DNA of 64,000 nt from Candidatus Nealsonbacteria bacterium. Its GTDB lineage: Bacteria > Patescibacteriota > Minisyncoccia > Minisyncoccales > MHMH01. The notes beneath the pieces are model-generated. The model had not been told where the DNA came from. It saw only the letters and a list, made by a program, of their open reading frames with translations, and did not search any database. Of this stretch, positions 1-8,712 are shown in pieces (position 1 is the stretch's first letter; every line of letters starts with the position of its first letter). A program made the translations under genes and the position numbers. The DNA lies in NCBI GenBank assembly GCA_016181965.1, contig JACOYH010000003.1, positions 65,013 through 129,012 of the forward strand, read 5' to 3'.

Positions 1-279
1 ACCGAATTCGACAGCGAGGTCTACATTCTTACAAAAGAAGAGGGCGGACGCCACACTCCTTTCTTCAAGGGATACAAGCCGCAGTTCTATATCAGGACTA
101 CTGACGTGACCGGAGACGTTGCTTTGCCCGAAGGAACAGAGATGGTTATGCCGGGCGATACTGTTAACTTGCAGATTAAATTAATTGTTCCGGTCGCCTT
201 GGAAGAACAGCAAAGATTCGCCATTCGCGAGGGCGGGAAGACCGTGGGAGCTGGCGTAGTTACTAAGATCATTAAATAA
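1..279 (+). CDS. tuf: Elongation factor Tu, C-terminal fragment (5' end outside window)
   Basis: Frame 1 reads ...[25 protein letters not shown]...[21 protein letters not shown], the conserved EF-Tu domain 3. The TAA at 277-279 overlaps the rpsJ ATG. Confidence 0.9.
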   Translation, partial: TEFDSEVYILTKEEGGRHTPFFKGYKPQFYIRTTDVTGDVALPEGTEMVMPGDTVNLQIKLIVPVALEEQQRFAIREGGKTVGAGVVTKIIK

Positions 280-614
280 TGAAGAAAAAGGTTGCAACAG
301 CCGAGGAAGTAAAGCCCAAACTCCGCATTAAACTCCGGGCTTACGACCACAAAGTGATAGATAATAGCGCTCGACAGATTATCGAGACGGCTTTGCGCTA
401 CGGCGCGGAAGTTGCAGGCCCTGTGCCCCTACCAACCGAGACCCACAAGTATACGGTTAATCGTTCCACTTTTGTTCACAAAGACGCCAGAGAGCAGTAC
501 GAGATGCGCACTCACAAAAGGATAATCGATATTCTTAATCCCAATCCAAGAATCATCGATGCCCTAATGAATCTCACTCTGCCGGCTGGCGTAGACATCG
601 AAATCAAAATGTAG
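279..614 (+). CDS. rpsJ: 30S ribosomal protein S10
   Basis: 111-aa ORF with [14 protein letters not shown]...[19 protein letters not shown], typical of uS10. It follows tuf, as is usual in bacteria. Confidence 0.95.
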   Translation: MKKKVATAEEVKPKLRIKLRAYDHKVIDNSARQIIETALRYGAEVAGPVPLPTETHKYTVNRSTFVHKDAREQYEMRTHKRIIDILNPNPRIIDALMNLTLPAGVDIEIKM

Positions 615-624
615 AACATAGCAG

Positions 625-653
625 AGCCGCCCCGAAAGGGCGGTTTTGCTTTT
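625..653 (+). terminator. Intrinsic terminator after rpsJ
   Basis: Stem CCGCCC/GGGCGG with a CGAAA loop, followed by TTTTGCTTTT. It starts 11 nt after the rpsJ stop. Confidence 0.6.
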
Positions 654-671
654 GAGTCGGGGAAACTGATG

Positions 672-699
672 TTGACATTATTATTGGATCGAGTATACT
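672..699 (+). promoter_or_regulatory. Sigma70-like promoter for rplC operon
   Basis: TTGACA (672-677), 16-nt spacer, TATACT (694-699). Confidence 0.5.
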
Positions 700-765
700 C
701 TTATATATGAAGAACGTCGTCTAAATTGACGGCCGGAAAATCATAATAGCTAACCGAAGTTCAAT

Positions 766-791
766 ACGGGGTTAGTGCCCCGTCTTTTGTT
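766..791 (+). promoter_or_regulatory. Terminator-like leader hairpin just upstream of rplC (possible attenuator)
   Basis: Stem ACGGGG/CCCCGT with a 6-nt loop, followed by CTTTTGTT. It ends 13 nt before the rplC ATG. Confidence 0.4.
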
Positions 792-803
792 GAGTGCGGG
801 TGT

Positions 804-1388
804 ATGAAATTTATTTTGGGATTAAAATTAGGCATGACGCAAGTGTTCGATCAAACCGGAAAAACAACTCCGGTGACTTTGGTTGCGGCAGGTCCCTGTC
901 AGGTTTTGCAAATAAAGACCAAAGCAAAGGACGGCTACGAAGCATGCCAAGTTGGTTTTGTAAAAATTGAAAAGAGAATCCAAAAATCCCAAAAAACAAA
1001 GCCATTTAGGTTCCAAAGAGAAGCACCCGGCGATTATAAGATTAACGATATTATTGATGTTTCTGTTTTCCAAGAGGGTGACAAGGTTAAGATAACCGGG
1101 GTTTCCAAAGGAAAGGGTTTTCAGGGAGCGGTAAAGCTTTGGAATTTTTCAGGCAGAAATGCCAGCCACGGCGTTAAGCACGAACAGCGAACGTTGGGAT
1201 CAATCGGTTCAACCGATGCTGAAAGGGTTTTTAAGGGAAAGAAAATGCCGGGAAGAATGGGCGGCGAAAGAGTGACAGTGAAAAATCTTAAAGTAGTTAA
1301 GGTTGATAAAGAAAATAATATATTAGCAATAAAGGGAGCAGTACCGGGACCAAATGGTACCCTGCTTCAGATCAGGGGAAATAAATAA
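804..1388 (+). CDS. rplC: 50S ribosomal protein L3
   Basis: 194-aa ORF with GLKLGMTQVFD...GKGFQGAVKLWNF...MPGRMGGERVTVKNLKVV, uL3 signatures. Conserved operon position. Confidence 0.95.
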   Translation: MKFILGLKLGMTQVFDQTGKTTPVTLVAAGPCQVLQIKTKAKDGYEACQVGFVKIEKRIQKSQKTKPFRFQREAPGDYKINDIIDVSVFQEGDKVKITGVSKGKGFQGAVKLWNFSGRNASHGVKHEQRTLGSIGSTDAERVFKGKKMPGRMGGERVTVKNLKVVKVDKENNILAIKGAVPGPNGTLLQIRGNK

Positions 1389-1389
1389 T

Positions 1390-2022
1390 ATGAAAGCGCC
1401 CGTTTTCGACAAAACAGGAAAAGAAATCAAACAGGTCTTGTTGCCCAAGGAGATTTTTGGCGTAAAAATGAATACCGACCTTGTCCATCAAGTTGTTTTA
1501 GCGCAGACCGCCAATCGCCGGCGCGTTATTGCGCACACAAAAGACCGATCGGAAGTGCGCGGCGGAGGCAAAAAACCATGGCGGCAGAAGGGTACCGGCC
1601 GGGCGCGCCACGGCTCAACGCGCTCGCCAATATGGGTGGGCGGCGGCGTGACCTTCGGGCCGACCAAAAACAGGGTTTTCAAGCAGAAAATAAACAGCGC
1701 CATGAGAAAAAAGGCCTTGCTGATGGTTTTATCCGCAAAGGCGGAGGCCAATTCCGTGCTGGTGCTGGACGATTTCAAGCTTGAAGCAGTCAAGACAAAA
1801 ACATTGGCTAAGCTTATTGAAAAACTCCCCTTAGACGGAAAAAGCGCTTTGATTATATTGCCTGCCATGGATAAAAATATAATTCTGTCGGCTAGAAATT
1901 TGCCGAAAATAAGCACTATACAGGGCAGGGAACTGAATGTTTTGGACGTGATGACTTTTAAATATTTGATGTTGCCGCAGGAATCGATCAAAGTAATCAA
2001 GGAAACCCTATGGCATTCCTAA
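1390..2022 (+). CDS. rplD: 50S ribosomal protein L4
   Basis: The ATG at 1390 (MKAPVFDKTGKE...) sits right after the rplC stop. GGGKKPWRQKGTGRARHGS is the uL4 motif. Confidence 0.9.
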   Translation: MKAPVFDKTGKEIKQVLLPKEIFGVKMNTDLVHQVVLAQTANRRRVIAHTKDRSEVRGGGKKPWRQKGTGRARHGSTRSPIWVGGGVTFGPTKNRVFKQKINSAMRKKALLMVLSAKAEANSVLVLDDFKLEAVKTKTLAKLIEKLPLDGKSALIILPAMDKNIILSARNLPKISTIQGRELNVLDVMTFKYLMLPQESIKVIKETLWHS

Positions 2023-2429
2023 ACATTTTCAAAAGAAAAGAGAAAGAGCCGAAGCAGAGGCCGGGAAGGAAAGCAAGGGTAAAAGTAAAAGAGGCCAAGA
2101 TAGCCGCAGAAAAGCTTTCTGTTCCCCAAAAACCAAAGAAGGTTTCTGAATTCGGCTTTCGGCTATTAAAATCGCCGCACGTGACCGAAAAAGCCACTGA
2201 CCTGCTTGAAAAGAACCAGTATGTGTTCAGGGTTTTTCCCGGGGCTAATAAGACAGAAATCAAGAAGGCCGTCCAAGACAGTTATGGGGTAGAAGTAGAA
2301 GCCGTGCGCATAGTGAACATTCCGGCGAAAAAAAGGCGGTTGGGAAAAATTCAAGGAATGCAGTCCGGTTACAAAAAAGCCATTATTAAAATCAAGGAAG
2401 GGCAGAAGATAGAAATATTGCCGCGATAA
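2010..2429 (+). CDS. rplW: 50S ribosomal protein L23 with Lys-rich N-terminal extension
   Basis: The C-terminal ~95 aa (LKSPHVTEKATDL...YVFRV...KKAIIKI) matches uL23. It is preceded by ~45 basic residues. Confidence 0.9.
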   Translation: MAFLNIFKRKEKEPKQRPGRKARVKVKEAKIAAEKLSVPQKPKKVSEFGFRLLKSPHVTEKATDLLEKNQYVFRVFPGANKTEIKKAVQDSYGVEVEAVRIVNIPAKKRRLGKIQGMQSGYKKAIIKIKEGQKIEILPR

Positions 2430-2432
2430 AAT

Positions 2433-3233
2433 ATGTTAAAGAATCAAGCCACAAAAGAAAACTTCCGACTTTTGACTAAAAAAGAACCCGAAAAAGGGTT
2501 GCTCTTAAAATTGCAAAAACGCGCCGGCCGGGCGCACACCGGCAGGATTACCATGCGCCACCAGGGAGGCGGAGCCAAGCAGCTTTATCGCATAGTTGAT
2601 TTCGGGGAGCAGAAAATCAACCAAAATGGAAAGGTTGTGGCTTTGGAATATGACCCAAACAGAACATCTTTTATTATTCTGGTGCAGTATGACGACGGAG
2701 AAAAGAGATACCGGTTGGCCCCCCAAAATGTGAAGGTTGGCGATGCAATAATGTGCGCTGAAAAAACGGAAATAAAGCCGGGCAATACAATGAAACTCAA
2801 AAATATTCCCTCCGGCACTCAGGTTCACAATGTGGAAATCGAGCCGGGCAGAGGCGGCAAATTAATCAGGGGAGCAGGCGCCGCGGCTGAGGTTTTGTCT
2901 CACGAAGGCAAATATGCCCAGCTCCGCATGCCCTCAACCGAAATAAGAAAAATTCTAGAGGAATGTTTCGCGACAGTTGGCGCTGTTTCCAGACCCGAGC
3001 ATATGTATATGGTTGTGGGTAAGGCCGGTAAAATGAGGCACAAAGGAGTAAGACCGACGGTCAGGGGCTCGGCAATGATTCCGCCAGACCACCCGCACGG
3101 CGGAGGCGAAGGCAGGGCGCCTATTGGTTTATCTCACCCCAAGACACCCTGGGGAAAGATAGCCAAGGGCGTGAAAACGAGAAAGCGGATATGGACGGAT
3201 AAATATATTATTGAAAGGAGAAAGAAGAAGTAA
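2433..3233 (+). CDS. rplB: 50S ribosomal protein L2
   Basis: 266 aa with GRITMRHQGGGAKQLYRIVDF and PPDHPHGGGEGR, uL2 motifs. Confidence 0.95.
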   Translation: MLKNQATKENFRLLTKKEPEKGLLLKLQKRAGRAHTGRITMRHQGGGAKQLYRIVDFGEQKINQNGKVVALEYDPNRTSFIILVQYDDGEKRYRLAPQNVKVGDAIMCAEKTEIKPGNTMKLKNIPSGTQVHNVEIEPGRGGKLIRGAGAAAEVLSHEGKYAQLRMPSTEIRKILEECFATVGAVSRPEHMYMVVGKAGKMRHKGVRPTVRGSAMIPPDHPHGGGEGRAPIGLSHPKTPWGKIAKGVKTRKRIWTDKYIIERRKKK

Positions 3234-3242
3234 GCAAAAAAT

Positions 3243-3614
3243 ATGGCAAGAAGCATCAAAAAAGGTCCGTATATTTCAGAAAAGCTGTTGAAGAAGCTTC
3301 GCGGAAGGAAAGCCGGCGACAAAAGCATCATTAAGACATGGTGCAGGGCTTGCACGGTCACTCCGGAGATGGTTGGTTTTAACTTTGGCGTGCATAATGG
3401 AAAAGAACACGTACCGGTTTTTGTTTCAGAAGATATGGTTGGCCACAAATTAGGAGAATTCTCTCCGACAACCAGGTTTGGCAGGCACGGCGGAAAAATG
3501 CAGAGAGAATTGGAGGCCAAGGTAGCTGAAAAAACCGCAGTAACCCCGGAAGTTCCGAAGGCCCAAGGGGCAAAGACCCCAGGGGTTAAGACCTCAGGGG
3601 TAAAGGCAAAATAA
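3243..3614 (+). CDS. rpsS: 30S ribosomal protein S19 with C-terminal Lys/Gly/Pro-rich tail
   Basis: MARSIKKGPYI...VHNGKEHVPVFVSEDMVGHKLGEFSPTTRF is uS19. There are ~35 extra C-terminal residues (..GAKTPGVKTSGVKAK). Confidence 0.95.
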   Translation: MARSIKKGPYISEKLLKKLRGRKAGDKSIIKTWCRACTVTPEMVGFNFGVHNGKEHVPVFVSEDMVGHKLGEFSPTTRFGRHGGKMQRELEAKVAEKTAVTPEVPKAQGAKTPGVKTSGVKAK

Positions 3615-3618
3615 AAAT

Positions 3619-3960
3619 ATGAAAGTTAATTCCACATTGCGATATTTAAGAATAGCCCCCAGAAAAGTACGGCTGGTAGCCAACCTTATAAGAGGCAAAC
3701 GGGCCGAGCAAGCGCAGACGATTTTGCGTTTTACCACAAGGGCCGCCAGCCAGCCCATGCTCAAGCTTTTGAATTCGGCAATGGCCAACGCAAAAAATAA
3801 TTTCCATTTGGAAACAAGTGATTTATACGTTTCAAAAATCAGCGTCGACGAAGGGCCCAAGCTGAAAAGGTTTAGAGCCAGGGCCAGGGGACAAGCGGCC
3901 GAGATTCAGAAAAAAACCAGCCATATTAATATAACCTTGGAAGAGGTAAAGAAAAAATAA
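3619..3960 (+). CDS. rplV: 50S ribosomal protein L22
   Basis: LRIAPRKVRLVANLIRGKRAEQA...GPKLKRFRARARGQA, uL22 signature. Confidence 0.9.
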   Translation: MKVNSTLRYLRIAPRKVRLVANLIRGKRAEQAQTILRFTTRAASQPMLKLLNSAMANAKNNFHLETSDLYVSKISVDEGPKLKRFRARARGQAAEIQKKTSHINITLEEVKKK

Positions 3961-3966
3961 CGGCAT

Positions 3967-4614
3967 ATGTCACACAAAGTCCATCCAAAAGTATATAGAT
4001 TGAGGGACTCAAGCGATTGGGATTCAAGATGGCTGAATAAAAAGCGTCTGCCAGAATATCTGGAAGAGGATTTTAGAATTAGAGAATATTTGGGCAAGGT
4101 CTTGAAAGAGGGAGGAGTTGAAAAAATCGAAATTGAAAGATTTCCGGGCAAAGTAAATATTCTCATCAATACGGCGAGGCCCGGGCTCATTATCGGCAGA
4201 GGAGGCAAAGGAGCCGAAGATCTCAAGAAGGCCTTGGAGAAAATATTGCCGGCGCCAAAAATCGGCAAAAGGGACTTGAAGCTCGACATTAGGGAAGTGA
4301 AAAATCCCTGGACTTCCGCTTCGCTTGCCGCTCAATGGGCAGCCCAGCAGTTGGAAAAAAGAGTTGGCCATAAAAGGGTAATGAAGCAGGTCTTGGAAAA
4401 GATTATGGCTAATCGGGAAATGCAGGGCGCTAGAATTGAAATTTCGGGGCGCCTCGGCGGATCTGAAATTGCCAGAAGAGAGTGGCTTAAAAAAGGCCGC
4501 CTTCCCCGCCAAACGCTGAGGGCAATCATTGATTATCATTTGGCCGAGGCCTTTTGCAGCTACGGAGTGATAGGCGTGAAGGTTTGGATCTATAAAGGAG
4601 AAAAATTCGTCTAA
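3967..4614 (+). CDS. rpsC: 30S ribosomal protein S3
   Basis: MSHKVHPKVYRL...IERFPGKVNILINTARPGLIIGRGGK (KH domain) and GRLGGSEIARREW, as in uS3. Confidence 0.95.
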   Translation: MSHKVHPKVYRLRDSSDWDSRWLNKKRLPEYLEEDFRIREYLGKVLKEGGVEKIEIERFPGKVNILINTARPGLIIGRGGKGAEDLKKALEKILPAPKIGKRDLKLDIREVKNPWTSASLAAQWAAQQLEKRVGHKRVMKQVLEKIMANREMQGARIEISGRLGGSEIARREWLKKGRLPRQTLRAIIDYHLAEAFCSYGVIGVKVWIYKGEKFV

Positions 4615-4618
4615 AGAT

Positions 4619-5029
4619 ATGCTGTATCCCAAGAAAGTAAAACATAGAAAATGGCACAAGGGCAGAAGAAGGTTTAAGGGCGTGGAGACACGGGGCGCCG
4701 ATTTTGCTTTCGGCAGTTTCGGCCTGAAGGCGTTAGAGACGAAGTGGGTGACAGCCCGGCAAATTGAGGCGGCCAGAAGAGCGGTTATCAGGTATTTGAA
4801 AAAGGGAGGCAAGCTTTGGGTGAGGGTCTTTCCGGCAAAACCAGTAACTCAGAAAGGAACCGAAGTGCCAATGGGCGGCGGCAAGGGTTCGGTTGACCAT
4901 TATGTTGTTGCGATAAAACCCGGCCGCATCATTTTCGAGTTGGAAGGCGTGAGCGAAGATATCGCGAAAGAATCATTTAGAAAGGCCACGGATAAACTTC
5001 CCATTAAAGTCAAGTTTATTAAACGATAA
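4619..5029 (+). CDS. rplP: 50S ribosomal protein L16
   Basis: MLYPKKVKHRKWHKGR...RQIEAARRA...PMGGGKGS, as in uL16. Confidence 0.95.
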   Translation: MLYPKKVKHRKWHKGRRRFKGVETRGADFAFGSFGLKALETKWVTARQIEAARRAVIRYLKKGGKLWVRVFPAKPVTQKGTEVPMGGGKGSVDHYVVAIKPGRIIFELEGVSEDIAKESFRKATDKLPIKVKFIKR

Positions 5030-5037
5030 TCTTCATT

Positions 5038-5223
5038 ATGAAAGCAACGGAGATAAGACAAAACACAAAAGACGTCTTGACTAAGAGCATTAAGGACATG
5101 CGAGAAAAGCTGAGAAGCTTGAGGTTTGACTTGGCCGCCGGAAAGGTGAAAAATGTCAGGGAGATCAGGCAAATCAGAAAGGACATAGCCAGGACCTTAA
5201 CCATACTTAAAGAAAAAGTGTAA
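5038..5223 (+). CDS. rpmC: 50S ribosomal protein L29
   Basis: 61-aa helical protein (EIRQ...LRSLRFDLAAGKVKNVREIRQIRKDIARTLT) in the uL29 operon position. Confidence 0.85.
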   Translation: MKATEIRQNTKDVLTKSIKDMREKLRSLRFDLAAGKVKNVREIRQIRKDIARTLTILKEKV

Positions 5224-5234
5224 AGGATAAATAT

Positions 5235-5471
5235 ATGCCAAAAAAACAATTAACAGGCAATATTGTTTCTGCGAAAACACCCAAAACGGTGGTAGTTCAA
5301 GTTGAGAGCATTAAAATACACAAGAAGTATAAGAAAAGATTCAAAAGGCACAAGAAATATAAGGCGCATGTTGAGGGAGCCGACTACCAGTTAGGCGACA
5401 GAGTGGTTATTGAAGAAACACGGCCAATTTCAAAAGACAAGCATTGGATAGTTGTTGCCAAAAAGAATTAA
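5235..5471 (+). CDS. rpsQ: 30S ribosomal protein S17
   Basis: LTGNIVSAKTPKTVVVQVE...HKKYKKR...YKAH...GDRVVIEETRPISKDKHW, as in uS17. Confidence 0.9.
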   Translation: MPKKQLTGNIVSAKTPKTVVVQVESIKIHKKYKKRFKRHKKYKAHVEGADYQLGDRVVIEETRPISKDKHWIVVAKKN

Positions 5472-5475
5472 ATTT

Positions 5476-5847
5476 ATGATACAGAACAGAACACTATTAA
5501 ATGTAGCAGATAATACTGGAGCCAAGGCCCTGCAGTGTGTTCAGATTTTAAGGGGCACACGGCACAGATACGCCACCATTGGCGACATTATTGTCGGCGT
5601 TGTCAAAAAGGCAGAACCGCGGAAAATCGTTAAGAAGCACGAAGTGGTTAGGGCCGTGGTTGTCAGGCAGAAAAAAGAGTATGCGAGAGAAGACGGAACT
5701 TATGTGAGATTCGACGATAACGCCTGCGTAATTTTGGAAGCCAAGACCAAGGAGCCGAAAGGGGGAAGGATTTTTGGCCCCCTGCCCCGGGAAATCAAGG
5801 AAAAGGGATTTGATAAAATAGCGGCATTAGCGCCGGAAATTGTCTAA
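5476..5847 (+). CDS. rplN: 50S ribosomal protein L14
   Basis: The ATG at 5476 gives MIQNRTLLNVADNTGAK..., the canonical uL14 N-terminus. Confidence 0.95.
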   Translation: MIQNRTLLNVADNTGAKALQCVQILRGTRHRYATIGDIIVGVVKKAEPRKIVKKHEVVRAVVVRQKKEYAREDGTYVRFDDNACVILEAKTKEPKGGRIFGPLPREIKEKGFDKIAALAPEIV

Positions 5848-5851
5848 TCAT

Positions 5852-6157
5852 ATGAAAATCAAGAAAGGCGATACAGTTTTAATAATTTCAGGAAAAGACC
5901 GCGGCAAACGGGGAAAGGTTTTGGATGTGCTGAAAGGCGAGGGAAAAATAGTCGTTGAAGGCATAAACATCAGAAAAAAACATGTCAGGCCGAAAAAATC
6001 GGGAGAAAAGGGTCAAATAATTGAAAAGCCAGCCGCTTTTGACTTGTCTAATGCGAAATTGATTTGTCCGAAGTGCGGCAAGCCAACGAGGGTTGGCTAC
6101 AAGGTCAGCGGTGAAAAGAAGTTCCGCGCTTGTAAAAAATGCGAAGCTGAAATATAA
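5852..6157 (+). CDS. rplX: 50S ribosomal protein L24 (CxxC...CxxC variant)
   Basis: MKIKKGDTVLIISGKDRGKRGKV (KOW motif). The C-terminus carries CPKC...CKKC. Confidence 0.9.
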   Translation: MKIKKGDTVLIISGKDRGKRGKVLDVLKGEGKIVVEGINIRKKHVRPKKSGEKGQIIEKPAAFDLSNAKLICPKCGKPTRVGYKVSGEKKFRACKKCEAEI

Positions 6158-6174
6158 TCTTGAAGTGATATAAT

Positions 6175-6726
6175 ATGAATCTGAAAGAAAGATACCAAAA
6201 AGAAATAGTGCCGGCAATGATGGAGAAGTTGGCTTACGACAATCGTATGGCCGTGCCGAGGATTACCAAGGTGGTGGTGAACACTGGCTTTGGCAGGCAG
6301 GCGGTTGCAGCTACCTCCGAAGAGCAGAAAAAAATACAGGAAAGCATCGTGAGCGATCTTTCCTTGATTTGCGGTCAGAGGCCCGTTTTAACCCGAGCGA
6401 AAAAAGCTATCGCCAGCTTTAAATTGAGACAAGGAATGGTTGTGGGAGCCAAGGTAACCTTGCGCGGGGGAAGAATGTATGATTTTTTGGAGCGGCTGAT
6501 TAAGCTCGTTTTGCCCAGAACCCGCGACTTTCAGGGCATTACCGCCACATCGATCGATAAGGACGGCAACCTGACATTGGCCCTGAAGGAACACATTGCC
6601 TTTCCCGAAGTTTCTCCGGAGAAATCAAGGGTTAATTTCGGGCTGGAGATTACCGTGGCCACAAGCGCCCGCGTCAGGGAAAACGCCGAAAATCTTTTTT
6701 CAGCCATAGGTTTTCCAATAAGATAA
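6175..6726 (+). CDS. rplE: 50S ribosomal protein L5
   Basis: [16 protein letters not shown]...[11 protein letters not shown]...[13 protein letters not shown], as in uL5. Confidence 0.95.
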   Translation: MNLKERYQKEIVPAMMEKLAYDNRMAVPRITKVVVNTGFGRQAVAATSEEQKKIQESIVSDLSLICGQRPVLTRAKKAIASFKLRQGMVVGAKVTLRGGRMYDFLERLIKLVLPRTRDFQGITATSIDKDGNLTLALKEHIAFPEVSPEKSRVNFGLEITVATSARVRENAENLFSAIGFPIR

Positions 6727-6728
6727 AT

Positions 6729-6914
6729 ATGCCGAAAAAATCACAAATTGCCAAATCAAAAAAGAAGCCAAAATTTAAAAGCCGGATTGTCCGGCGCTGT
6801 TTCAGGTGCGGCCGGAAGAGGGGATACATGAGAACTTTCGGACTTTGCAGAATTTGTTTTAGAGAATTGGCGAATAAGGGCCTTATACCCGGTATTAAAA
6901 AATCGTCTTGGTAA
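6729..6914 (+). CDS. rpsN: 30S ribosomal protein S14, zinc-binding type Z
   Basis: 61 aa with [25 protein letters not shown]...IPGIKKSSW, the short Cys-containing uS14 form. Confidence 0.9.
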   Translation: MPKKSQIAKSKKKPKFKSRIVRRCFRCGRKRGYMRTFGLCRICFRELANKGLIPGIKKSSW

Positions 6915-6920
6915 AATTTT

Positions 6921-7313
6921 ATGATGACCGATCCTATCACAGACATGTTAAATAGAATCAAGAATGGGCAAGCGGCTGCCAAAGAGCAGGTGGCTATTCC
7001 TTATTCTAATTTTAAATATGAAATTGCTAAAATTCTTGAAAAAGAAAAGTTTGTGGAAAGCGTTGAGAGAAAGGGAAGAAAAATTAATAAGTTTTTTGAA
7101 GTTACGCTGAAATATGAAGATAAAGTCCCGGCTATTTCGGGAATCAAAAGAGTTTCCAAGCCCGGCCGCCGAATTTATCTTCCGGCAAAAGATCTGCGAA
7201 AGGTTAGGGACGGCTACGGTATGGCAGTTATTTCTACCCCCAAGGGGTTGATGAGCAATAGGCAAGCTAGAAAAGAAAAAGCCGGCGGAGAAGTATTATT
7301 TGAAATTTGGTAA
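6921..7313 (+). CDS. rpsH: 30S ribosomal protein S8
   Basis: DPITDMLNRIKNG...GMAVISTPKGLMSNRQARKEKAGGEVLFEIW, as in uS8. Confidence 0.95.
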   Translation: MMTDPITDMLNRIKNGQAAAKEQVAIPYSNFKYEIAKILEKEKFVESVERKGRKINKFFEVTLKYEDKVPAISGIKRVSKPGRRIYLPAKDLRKVRDGYGMAVISTPKGLMSNRQARKEKAGGEVLFEIW

Positions 7314-7320
7314 CGCTAAT

Positions 7321-7866
7321 ATGTCACGCATAGGAAAAAAACCAATCAAAATACCATCGGGCGTGGAAGTAAAAATTCAGGATCGCCTGATTGTTGTTAA
7401 GGGTCCGAAAGGCGAGCTGAAGAGAGAGGTCCGTTCGGAAATTAAGGTCGTTCAGGAAAACGACCGACTCTTAGTCGCCCCGCAAAAAGAAACCAAGGAA
7501 ACCGCGGCTTTATGGGGTTTAACAAGGGCTTTATTGGCAAACGATATCAAGGGAGTAACAGATGGTTTTGAGAAAAAATTAGAGCTCGAGGGAGTCGGGT
7601 ACCGGGCCAACTTAGAGGGGCAGGACCTTAACCTTCAGCTCGGGTTTTCTCACCCGGTGAAAGTTAAGGCCCCGGAGGGCATAAAATTTACAGTTGAAAA
7701 GAACGTTATTACGATCTCGGGAATCGACAAGGGCTTGGTTGGTCAAACAGCCGCCAAGATTCGCGACGAAAAACCGCCAGAGCCATACAAGGGCAAAGGC
7801 ATCAGGTATGCCGGAGAGCATATTCGGAGAAAATTAGGCAAGAAAGCTGTGGGAGCGGGCGGATAA
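7321..7866 (+). CDS. rplF: 50S ribosomal protein L6
   Basis: The ATG at 7321 gives MSRIGKKPIKIPSGVEV..., then YKGKGIRYAGE, as in uL6. Confidence 0.95.
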   Translation: MSRIGKKPIKIPSGVEVKIQDRLIVVKGPKGELKREVRSEIKVVQENDRLLVAPQKETKETAALWGLTRALLANDIKGVTDGFEKKLELEGVGYRANLEGQDLNLQLGFSHPVKVKAPEGIKFTVEKNVITISGIDKGLVGQTAAKIRDEKPPEPYKGKGIRYAGEHIRRKLGKKAVGAGG

Positions 7867-7880
7867 TGGCAAACTAATTT

Positions 7881-8222
7881 ATGGCAACAAAACAGGCAAA
7901 AAGAAAAATTAGGCATAAGCGGATTAGGGCTAAAATCACCGGCACTTCAAAAAGGCCGCGGCTTGCGGTTTTCAGATCGGCCGGGCACATATATGCCCAG
8001 CTGATTGACGATGAAAAAGGAAAAACACTGGCTTCAGCCAGCGATCTTGCGATAAAAAGAGGAAAGAAAAGCGAAAGAGCCAAGGAAGTTGGCAAGTTAA
8101 TCGCCAAGGTGTCCATAGAGAAGAAAATAAAAGGCGTTGTTTTTGACAGAGGCGGCTATCCTTACCACGGACGAATCAAGGCCTTGGCCGAAGGAGCCAG
8201 AGAAGGCGGATTAAATTTTTAA
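7881..8222 (+). CDS. rplR: 50S ribosomal protein L18
   Basis: [30 protein letters not shown]...[24 protein letters not shown], as in uL18. Confidence 0.9.
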   Translation: MATKQAKRKIRHKRIRAKITGTSKRPRLAVFRSAGHIYAQLIDDEKGKTLASASDLAIKRGKKSERAKEVGKLIAKVSIEKKIKGVVFDRGGYPYHGRIKALAEGAREGGLNF

Positions 8223-8225
8223 ATT

Positions 8226-8708
8226 ATGGAAAAATCAAATCCCAAAAATAGATTTCATAGAGAAAGGCCCAGAGATGAATTTGATTCCAAGCTTTTGGAT
8301 TTGGCGAGGGTTTCGCATACCAGGGCTGGCGGAAAGAAGATGAGATTCCGCGCTTTGGTTATCAGCGGCGATAAAAAAGGCAGAGTGGGCTTTGGCCTCG
8401 GCAAGGGGGGCGACGCGGCTGCGGCCATAGAAAAAGCCACCCGGCTTTCAAAAAAGAATTTACTGACAGTGCCAATTGTTAATGAAACCATTCCGCACGA
8501 GGTCTATGCCAAGGTGGGAGCGGCCCAGGTCTTACTAAGGCCGCAAAGGAAGGGCAGGGGCTTGGTGGCTGGAGGAACAGTCAGGGTTGTCTGCACGCTG
8601 GCCGGAATTAAAAATATTTCTTCAAAGATTTTGGGCGTAACTACTAATAAATTAAACAATGCTAGAGCGACCATTGAGGCCTTAAAGCAACTTAAGGTCA
8701 AAAAATAA
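8226..8708 (+). CDS. rpsE: 30S ribosomal protein S5
   Basis: VSHTRAGGKKMRFRALVISGDKKGRVGFGLGKG...GTVRVVCTLAGIKNI, as in uS5. Confidence 0.95.
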   Translation: MEKSNPKNRFHRERPRDEFDSKLLDLARVSHTRAGGKKMRFRALVISGDKKGRVGFGLGKGGDAAAAIEKATRLSKKNLLTVPIVNETIPHEVYAKVGAAQVLLRPQRKGRGLVAGGTVRVVCTLAGIKNISSKILGVTTNKLNNARATIEALKQLKVKK

Positions 8709-8712
8709 ATTT

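Noticed and set aside
1488-2000. 170-aa minus-strand ORF, and the 68-aa plus-strand ORF at 1578-1784
   Set aside because: Both overlap rplD, and the L4 motif GGGKKPWRQKGTGRARHGS fixes the real frame.
4024-4812. 262-aa minus-strand ORF
   Set aside because: It is entirely antisense to the highly conserved rpsC and rplP. It has a low-complexity, protein-unlike sequence and no SD, and it is a shadow ORF.
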